The translations under genes and the position numbers were made by a program. 29,924 nt of DNA, taken from Mayamaea pseudoterrestris. Its lineage: Eukaryota. Below, one piece after another: positions 21,206-29,924 of this stretch. The notes beneath the pieces were generated by a model, which saw only the letters and a list, made by a program, of their open reading frames with translations, made no database searches and was not told the origin of the DNA. How positions within the stretch are numbered: the first letter of the stretch is position 1; each line of letters begins with the position of its first letter. The stretch is taken from the NCBI GenBank assembly GCA_027923505.1, contig BROI01000004.1, positions 1,240,001 to 1,269,924 on the forward strand, read 5' to 3'.

Positions 21206-22875
21206 TTACCCTCAACATGAACCATTGCACCACGGTTACGACCGGTTGCAGCTGCAATGAAGCAGACAAATGAGCAGGCTCTGATGCAGTTTTGGCTAGG
21301 AGGGCATTTCCTGCAGCCATCGTGCAACATGTCTCCTCGACAACGACACAGCAATTGCGCAAAGGTCATTGTTTTTTGGCAGCAGTAGTGGTAGTAACCA
21401 TGATGGAGGAGAAACCAAAAAGAATTGAGTGTGATGGGTTCCACGATTCAATTTTGTGAGCCTCGATTTTTGATCAAAAGTGAGGAGGTGCTTCTGATTC
21501 TGGCCCTAGAGCAAATCAATACGTCTTACGTGTTCTCCGTAATAATTCAACGCTTAGTAGACTTTCTACGGTTCTGTTTCCGTAGAGTTTTTGTGGGAGG
21601 CCACGATTTGATTGTGGACTCCAGAGCTCAAAATGACCTTTGCTTCCAAGACCTAAGTAAAAAGACATGTTAGAGTCATTCGTTGCGAGAGTCCTCGACT
21701 CAAGCTTGAACTCCCGCGTGTCGCGTGGACGTCACACTCTGCCACCTGCCACCACATTGAATCATTGTTGAACAGTCGTCACGCAGGCACATGCACACAG
21801 CAGTTGGCGATCCACTTTCAACTTACCATAAGAAAGAAGCAATCAAGCAATCAAACAATCAAAGTGGTGGATTAAATTTGTGGTAAAGACTGCATTAAAG
21901 GAAGTGGAGGAAGTGCTGCAATGGTGAAAGCTGTGTCCACAGTACAGCCAAAGCAGATTGTCAATTTGTCAATCAATTGTTGTGTTTGAGCTGCGAATGT
22001 GTCCCCACACTTTGCAGGGAGCCCACTGCTGCTCCACGATGGCGTGCTCCACAACAGCATGCTGTCCCACGATCGTGTGCTGTTCCACATCCACATGCTG
22101 CTGCACGTGCTGTCACGTACGCGTGCCATCCAGGAGTTAACCAGATTTGATTTGGCTTGGCTGATGGCCAGAGTGACAACAGTGTACGGAGAGCGTGTAT
22201 GATGGTAGATATTATGATATAACAGGAGTTTTTGCATGTATCTTTATACTGTAGCGCACACCTATTGTCCATGGTCAAGCAGCTCACATGCTGGATGCTG
22301 GCAGCATGGCGCGCGATTTCAAAAAAAAGTCGTACCGGTTATTACACCAGGCTGGTGCACTGACGCACCTACATCATCAGCAGCTCTTGCGAGCTGCAAG
22401 ACCTGTGACGAAGTGGTTTCTTTGTTCACAATGAGATTGTCCTCACCATCGTCAACCTTTTGCCCTTTCATTAACTGTCAAGTGTTTTTGCCTCTCAATC
22501 AGTCTGTGAGATATAGATTTGATTTTGGTTGTGACATGTATGAAAGTTTCTGTTGTTGGTAGATACTATGAGAATAACAGGATTTTTTTGCCACTGGTGC
22601 ACTATCCAATGCGCATCTGCATGGTTTGTCCCAGATGTTCAAATGGCATGGTGAAACCCCTCCATCACATCCAAGTAGCTCAGTGACTGCCAGAAAAAAA
22701 ATAAAAACTTCTGAGTACCACTTGAATGGTCATCTGCTTACAAAGAAGGTGTCACTGGTGCACCAGTCTACCATCCAATGAGCACCTGCATGGCTAAACC
22801 CTTGTCACATTGTAACTTGTAAATCAAATCGTTGCACCTTTCGCTGGTAGCTGTCCATGGATGGCCAATCCAAGC

Positions 22876-23122
22876 TTGCAGTTGCTACAATACGAGAGAT
22901 GAATAAATCACTTTCTTAACTCTTCAAGCTTAGTAAGTCTGCTTGTTTCTACTCTATATCGCACTTGTTTCAGCAATATGTTTGTTGAATTGCTTCGAAG
23001 CCGTCACTGCCACACATCACGCAATTGTGAGGCTGTGGTGAGCCACGAGTGCCACTGTGTCACCCTATCGGACATTCAGTGTGACTTGCCCAATTTTCAC
23101 TGTTTTCGTTCGCATCCTGCAA
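22876..23122 (-). repeat. Putative 3' LTR of the oldest copia element (C), about 247 bp
   Basis: On the minus strand it begins immediately after the polypurine tract GAGGGGAG (23130-23123). It is bounded by a 6-bp inverted repeat, TTGCAG (22876-22881) and CTGCAA (23117-23122). The left boundary is less certain. Confidence 0.5.
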
Positions 23123-23477
23123 CTCCCCTCAAGTCATACCTAATAGTTCGATTCCTTGAAGAGCAGGTTCTTTAAGTGCTTGCTTGCCATAGCCCGCGGA
23201 AGAAACTTTGGTAAGTACATCCACTGCGTTTGTCGTCGTTCCCATGATGTGGTTGAAATTAATAATTCCCGCCGCAATTGCTTCACGTACATGGTGAAAT
23301 GCCAGTGCATTGTGTCCCGTCAGACTAGAGTGTGGTAAGTTGCTACTTTGCGTTACCAACTTGTTGCCTCCAAACATCCATGAGGGTCCATCAAGCGGAA
23401 CTCCCAACATGCGTAGAGTGAAGCGAAGATCCATGATCTGCTCCGTGCTCACTCTTGCTGCTACAAACTCCGAGCCG
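23123..23477 (-). mobile_element. Ty1/copia element C: decayed RNase H C-terminus plus PPT, interrupted at 23477/23478 by element A
   Basis: GSEFVAARVSTEQIMDLRFTLRMLGVPLDGPSWMFGGN...HNALAFHHVREAIAAG...VDVLTK is the copia RNase H domain. The catalytic DN motif reads GN. Similarity stops abruptly at the TG of the next LTR. Confidence 0.9.
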
Positions 23478-23806
23478 TGACACAATATTATTGAGTTGAG
23501 TTGACCTGCGTCTCATGACAAGACGGTTAGCTACCTGTGTTTTGTATGCATTTAATCCTGTGCAGGGTTGAGTCACACTTGTGACCGAATCCTCACATAC
23601 ATGAGTGAAATCGCTGACGATCGAGGCGTGAACCTCGACCGTGAACCCAGTGAGAACGAGAAAGAAGCGCACGAGTAGAGTAGCGAGTAACATGCACTAT
23701 TCTAGCAATTGAGTTTGTTTGTTTGCTTTACGCTGGACGAAGAGGTTGATCGCTCCTAGTCCATTGTAGTCGCTGGAATAAAGGTTCGTCTGATATTATC
23801 GTGTCA
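23478..23806 (+). repeat. 5' LTR of copia element A (329 bp)
   Basis: Starts TGACACAAT exactly where the RNase H breaks and ends ATCGTGTCA (8/9 inverted match). AATAAA at 23777-23782. Followed by a leader and gag. Confidence 0.75.
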
Positions 23807-24025
23807 GATTAACAGTCTTGCTAGCTTGTCTTGACCTGAGAGAGCTGTGCGAAAGAGAGAGAGTGAAAGAATCGAGAAATTGAGAGAGAAAGAGCAGATT
23901 CCTTGCGGCGTCGTCAATCCGAATACTTGGCACGAGCGCGTAGAACAGGATCGTATAAGGCTCGACTGCATTGAGAGCGGTTGTTGTGTGAGAAAGGACT
24001 TGCGGAAAGCGAGGTATTCACTATC

Positions 24026-26870
24026 ATGGTTGCGATTACTGCGGAAGCTTTGCAGCTTCTCTGCACGAACGTTTTCGGACGAGACATCCAAGAAGCGTTC
24101 TTGTTTTGGAATGTAACCACCACTACCCAGATGTTGAGATTGACCAAGGAGCAACTTGAAGCCCCCTACTGGGTCGAAAGATCCGCCATCCCACCAGGCG
24201 AAGACCAACCTGGAGGCGCGCAACCCGACGATGCGCAGCCGGGCGACGAGCCGGCCGACGAACCGGCCGAGGAACAAGCAGCCGCCGCCCCAGTACGATA
24301 CGAAACGACACTAGCACCAGTCTACGTGAACCTTATCCTCGATGCATGCGAATGGTTTAACATGCACGACGGACCCCCGAACACCAGGAAGTGGGCGTTG
24401 CTTGATTTAGGCAAGCTCGAGCGATTCCAAGAGATACTCGCCGAACAAGAAATCGGTCGGAAGCGTGAAGAAGGATACTACGTCCTCGAGTCCAAGAAGA
24501 AGCAAGCTGAGCTACTTGCCAAGCAACTCGTAAATGAGAATATCAAGGCTGAGAAGGCCGAAAAGGAAGCAGATGCCAAGGGTCGTTTCTCGAACATCAA
24601 GACGAAGCGAGATTACAAGGACTACAAAACGTTCCAACATCCCCACGCGTGGTTGAGTTGGAGCGCGTCTACCAAGGCAATCGCCAAGCTCCATGGCTGT
24701 TCTAACGTGCTCGACAGCAAGTACGTACCAGTCACGGAAGAAGAGAAGGAAGAGTTCGAGAATCAGCAAATCTTCATGTACACTGCGTTTCGCAATTGTC
24801 TCGAAGTCCCTGGACACCAGTCGCTCCTAATGAAGCACGGTGACAAGTCCGACACTCAGAGCGTCTATCGCGAACTCGCGACCAAGTTTGGTTCTGGCGA
24901 GTTAGCTACCATCCAAGCAAACGAACTGCAAGCCAAGCTTGCGACGATTCGCCTAGATTTGACCTGGACGAAGGGACACTACAAGTTCCTAAACTACATC
25001 GAACAGCTCATGAAGAATCTCGAAGAGTTCCGTCCTGGAGTGACGGATGACAAGAAGAAGTACTACTGGCTCCGAGCTGCAGTGGAGGGCGACGAAGAAT
25101 TCGGTCCCACGTGCACGACATTCGACCAGCACTTGACATTTGAACGACGACGCATCATCAACGCAAACGGTGACCCAGATGCCGTCTTAACGGAAGATTA
25201 TGACTATCTTTTCGACATGTTGTCGCAGCAGGCTCTGCGCGTCGACAACAAGAACGCCAAGCTGAACAAGGGCAAGAAGAACGCCGACCGCCAAGCGAAC
25301 AACGCGAACACTTCCGGGCAAGGACGTGGTAATGGGCGCAGTTCCGGCCATGGTGGAGGACGCGGCGGCCAAGGCGGACGCGGCGGTGGACGAGACGGTG
25401 GACGTGGCTCCCAATCGGGCCGCGGTTCCGGAGGACGAGGCTCTTCCGCGCCACTACCAGCAGCTGGGACGCAAGCGCATCGGGAACGATTCCCTGGTGA
25501 TTATCTGAACTTTGAACAGTTGTTGCAGGCCCCTGAGTACATGTATAACGACTCGGCTGACTTAACGAGGACGAATACGCTCAGCTCATGGCTCGACGCG
25601 AAGCCATCCCAAGACCCGCCACAACAAGACGCGTGAACAATGGGAACCGCGCGAATAACCAGCAGTCACAAGCGGCTGCTTCGGTGCCTGGTACAATCTT
25701 GTATCAGAATGATGCTGTCTCGATCGCCCCGACGACAGCCACTCAAGGTGCACCGGATGACATGATTAGATCTTTCCTTGCGAACGCCGCGTCGTCTCGC
25801 ACTCAAGCTGCGAATAACACCCAGCAAGAGTTTATGGGAAGCGACGGCCATCGGTACCGCGCAATGGTATCGGTGCGCTACACTGTGAATCGAGCTCGCA
25901 GCAACGAGACCCGCCAAGGATCGCTGATTGACGGCGGTGCAAACGGTGGACTCGCTGGAAGCGATATGAGAATCTTGAGTACTACCAACCACACGTGTAA
26001 CGTGACAGGTTTGAGCGACCACACGGTTCGCGACCTCCAAGTCGGAACTGGCGTCGCATTGATTGAGACTCGGACTGGACCCATTATCGGTCAGTTCAAC
26101 CAGTATGCTTTGTACGACGGTGCTGAATCCATTCATGCTCCATCGCAGCTTCGTTCGTTCGGCCATCTGATCGACGACATGCGCGCTCCCAGAATGGAGC
26201 ACAAGCCATTGTCACCAGTTGTGGCAAGACCATCCCCTTGGCGATCCGTGACGGCTTGCCTCGTATGGATATGCGTCCACCGACGGACGCAGAGTTGGAA
26301 ATGTATCCGACGGTCATTTTCTCTGCGGACACCCTTTGGGACCCGGCGGAGTTGGATAATGAATGGAACGAAGAAGAACTTGAGTTTAATCGTCGCTTCG
26401 ACGAATTGGAAGAAAACCACGGTTTCGTCGACGCCCGCATGGATGACTTCGGCGACGCCACCTACCGGAACAACATGAACTCAGTGGAACGTGTGGTGCA
26501 GTATGTCGATCGCAATCAGGCTGATACGACGCGCCAAGCCAATGCACGACGCATCATGCCACAAGAACCTGACTACCAAGCGCTTCGACCCTACCTTGGC
26601 TACTCGCCACTTGAACGAGTCAAGCGCACAATTAAGAATATGACACAGCTTTTCCGTGCATCGGCACACACCCCATTTCGCCAACATTTTAAGTCGCGAT
26701 TCCCTGCCGCCAATGTGGCTCGTTTCCATGACAATACGGCGACAGATACCTGGTTTTCCAAGGAAGCCACCTTTAACGACGGAATCCGCGGTCATGGCGG
26801 ATGCAAGATGATGCAACTGTTCGTCGGCAAGAAGAGTCTGCTGACGAGGGGATACCCACTGAGAACCGAG
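24026..26870 (+). pseudogene. gag-pol polyprotein of element A, with frameshifts at about 25560 and 26180 and truncated by insertion
   Basis: ORF-track pieces 23981-25636, 25588-26478 and 26238-26939 join with one missing base at each junction, giving ..SADLNEDEYAQLM.. and ..IDDxARSQNGAQAIVT.. Confidence 0.85.
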
Positions 26871-27271
26871 TGTCACAATGACGATCTAGTCCAGTCGCTT
26901 GACGCGAACCTAGACGTCGCCGGGGGCGCGCGAGCATAGTACTCGAACCTCCGTTGCGGTACCAGAAAAGACATCTACTCACAACTACGTCATTGAAATA
27001 TTGCATGTGTGCCAGCCGCAGGCACGATTAAACAAGATTAGTATTCACTATCGTGAATGGTCTTGAAAGAGCCATCTGATCAATCGCTCTTTCTCGACCG
27101 ATCGTAAATCAACTCACTTTCTAGAGAACTGCTTAATCAACTAGCGTTTTGTAGGATAAGACCCCTGTAGGATAAACCAAGGTAAAGGACTGATCATCCC
27201 GCTCACTTGGAAACCGACTACAGAGGGTGAGGAATCGTTGCAGCCGTACGAACTGGAACTGCATCGTGTCA
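26871..27271 (+). repeat. 5' LTR of copia element B (401 bp)
   Basis: Starts TGTCACAAT at the integrase breakpoint of A and ends ATCGTGTCA, the same 9-mer that ends LTR A. Confidence 0.72.
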
Positions 27272-27520
27272 GATCACACAGTCTTGGTCTTTACAATCAA
27301 CTCTCTCGGGCGCTGGTGACGACCACTCCCGTCGTTTCGTTGCACACTACATTGGCAGCGGACATCCCTCGTTCATTTCCTGTCCGAGGCTTCAATCTAC
27401 AATAGTCCGGCAGACGGAGGGATTGAAGACCGAGTCGAATTGCAAGCATCGCTCGGATAGAATCGACTTCCTCGATTATTCTCGCGGTATATATTCATCC
27501 CGTACCAATCAATCAACAAC

Positions 27521-29924
27521 ATGACCGTCGTCGAAGATGATCCTCCCGACGGACCCAATGTCACGCAAGATGACGCGGAAGACAACTTGCTCGCCGTCGG
27601 ATTGAAAAGCATTTACAAGCTGAAGACCGTCAACAACGACAAGTTCATGAAGCTTCCAGTCATCGTCGCCATCAAGTCACTCCTCCCGGACGGACGCCTA
27701 CTCACGGAGCCATTCCTAATGCTGACCATCAAGGACATCGAGTCGGTACTGAAGGAATCCGAAACCCACATCACGGTTATTCGAACCATTACCCGTCTTC
27801 GTCAATGGGCATCGGAAGAGCGCGAACCCAAGGAATGGGTGATGCTCACACTCGCCGGACTCATCAAAGCGACTGAATCGCCCGAAGAGTCCCTATTCCA
27901 AAGCGACATGAGTCGGATTCAACGAGTCAACTCGACGGACGTTCCAGAGAAGTCCGATGCCGAGAAGTACAAATCTCGAGTCCGAGTCGACACCAAAGCA
28001 TACACCGAGTTCAAAGACGAGTACAAATTCCGTCAATGGTGGCTCAAGACGTTCGCAACGGCCAAGAACCAAGGCATCGAGCGAGTCTTCGATCCGGATT
28101 TCAACCCGACAACGCTTTCGCCCGAAGATCTCGAGGTATTCAAAGCGCAAGAAGCCACAGCATTCGACATCATCACTTCATACTGCAAAGTCGCCAACTG
28201 CATCCCGATCATTCGTCGCCACAAGGACGGGTCGGCCCACGAGTGCTTCAAGGAAATGCACAAGATGTACTTGACGGGCAAGAACGCCGAGCGCAGCGGC
28301 GAGCGAGTCGAGAGTTCGCGACATGAAACTGACGACGAAACGACCACGGCAGCAACACTGCGTGGTTCACTCAATGGGAGAATGCCTTGCTCGATTACGA
28401 AGATTATACCGGCGAAACAGTCCCCGACGCGACGCGCAAGAAGTGGTTGTCCGAATCGGTTCGCTGGAACGATGCCTTTCGCCAAGAAATCAGTTCGGCG
28501 AGTCGTATCCTCAACGCACAAGGTCAAGATCAAAGCTTCGAAGACTGGTACAAGCAGCTCATCGAGTTCGCTCGCGATACCGACGACGTCAAAGCGGCAC
28601 GCAAACGCCAAATGAAGATCCACCAATCCATCCAACAAGCAAGTACTCCACCGACCGGAGGCACTCCACCGACTAGCGGCAACACTCCAAGCAGCAGCCA
28701 AGGCGGAAACGGTCGTGGAAATGGCAGCGGACGCGGAACCGGTCGCGGTTCTGGACGCGGCGGTGGACGTGGCGGCCGAGGTAACTTCGGACGAGGTGGT
28801 GGACGCGGACAGTGCACCAATCCTTCTGCAGCATCGAACCGTCGAGTCGAACCGGATGTATGGTTCTCTTGGACGGAGGAGCAACGCGAAGCTCACAAGG
28901 CAGAAACTCGCCGAATCCGAGAAGCGGAACGTGCGCGCCTGCAGCTGAACGCAAGCCAAGCCAGCACGAACAACACTAATACACCACCAACTCCACAAAT
29001 TCAGCTTCCACCGGCGAATACGACGGCGATGTCAACCATGTCGGCGATTACTCAGCCTACAGTCGGAACTACACCAGCACGTGGAACCGCCATGCGCGCG
29101 TTTCAGTCTCAGCAACAAGGCTCGATCGCTCAAGGAAGCCAGCCATCTACTCCACCAGTGTATCAAGCACGAGTTGGCGACGTTACATACAACATGTATC
29201 GTGCCAATGCAACCAACGTCACGCGTCGTTCTACAAACCATGTCGCTACACATTATCCCTCGCCAGATGCGCTTATGGGTATGAATACTCCGGCAACCGA
29301 AGGGCCACGCGTCACAGTTCCATGTTACTGCGTGCAATTACGCGCCTCGAAGCCCGTCCATGATGGATCGCGGTGCCAACGGTTCGATCGCTGGTAAGGA
29401 CATGATTTGCTTGGATCGATCGACGACTCAGTTCGCCGACGTTACCGGAATCGACAATCACATGATGCAAGGACTACCCATCGGAACATTCGCCGCCAAG
29501 ATCTGGACGACGGAAGGGTACGTCATTGGCATTTTCTACCAGTACGCCGACGGAGGAACCGACGCGACCATTCATTCGGTCGTTCAGCTCGAGGACTTCG
29601 GAAACAAGGTATTCGACAAGGCAAGCGCACTTGGCGGACGGCAGCTCATGATTACACCCGAAGGAGCATTGATCCCATTCACGGTCCAGAACGGTTTGGT
29701 CCATTTGAAGATGCATCATTTCACCGACGCCGAGTTCGACACATTGCCGCACGTCGTCATGACGGCAGACACGCCTTGGGATCCGTCAAAGTACGATGGA
29801 GACCTTAATGACGATTCGATTCAAGCGGAAATTGAAGCCGCGACGGACGATCACGAAGCGCCAACACTACTAGTCAACAACACCCAAGTCAACGGAAACG
29901 CGCAAGACGAATATCCCGAAGACC
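27521..29924 (+). CDS. gag-pol polyprotein of element B (3'-partial; frame breaks at about 28310-28360 and 29240-29320)
   Basis: ORFs 27521-28615 and 28387-29397 plus the protease frame open from 29285 to 29924. CpG-rich and otherwise intact-looking, so the breaks may be assembly errors. Confidence 0.75.

Larger units (their letters stand above)
23478..26870 (+). mobile_element. Ty1/copia (CoDi-type) LTR retrotransposon A: LTR, gag, protease and integrase start, interrupted by element B
   Basis: Gag from ATG 24026 with an RGG-rich tract. Protease LIDGGANGGLAGSDM near 25925. Then WDPAELD, PDYQALRPYLGY, FKSRFPAANV, ATDTWFS and QLFVGKKS (integrase start), ending abruptly at YPLRTE (26870). The protease-integrase order is diagnostic of copia. 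Confidence 0.92.
26871..29924 (+). mobile_element. Ty1/copia (CoDi-type) LTR retrotransposon B: LTR, gag and protease, running off the window
   Basis: Gag from ATG 27521 (YTEFKDEYKFRQWW..ATAKNQGIERVFDPDF, homologous to element A YKTFQHPHAWLSW..AIAKLHGCSNVLDSKY), then an RGG tract. A frame absent from the ORF track reads from 29360: MMDRGANGSIAGKDM..DVTGIDNH..IHSVVQLEDFG..PWDPSKYD, open to the end. Confidence 0.92.

Noticed and set aside
20903..21444. Cys/Leu/Arg-rich ORFs over the 14-bp array
   Set aside because: Translation artefacts of a repeat that is stop-free in several frames.
23391..23693. 100-aa minus ORF with a signal-peptide-like start
   Set aside because: It spans the LTR A / element C junction, has no ATG start and no motif, so it is a chance ORF.
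23466..26870. Shared CCGAG near both insertion sites as a target preference
   Set aside because: Only two sites, different offsets from the junction, and a short GC-rich 5-mer, so chance is sufficient.

Overview
Eukaryotic genomic DNA, most likely from a diatom. This is inferred from bipartite plastid-targeting presequences of the ASAFAP type, short GT-AG introns, and Ty1/copia elements of the diatom CoDi type. The window has three zones. (1) 1-16.5 kb: ten tightly packed host genes: cytochrome b561 (5'-partial), a sterol glucosyltransferase-like GT1, a PqiA/LetA-like membrane protein, an ankyrin-PP2C fusion, a two-repeat CP12, a bifunctional-nuclease-like/UVR protein, a CPYC-type GST, MED22 and two unknowns. 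(2) About 16.6-22.9 kb: CpG-eroded repeat debris, including a frameshifted coiled-coil pseudogene and degenerate tandem arrays. (3) 22.9 kb to the end: three copia LTR retrotransposons nested one inside the next. The two most interesting leads are an apparent circularly permuted saposin (swaposin-like) insert inside the PqiA-like protein, and a shared non-canonical primer-binding site in the two younger copia elements that is complementary to a tRNA anticodon arm rather than to a CCA end. All family assignments come from motif recognition by eye; no database searches were run.
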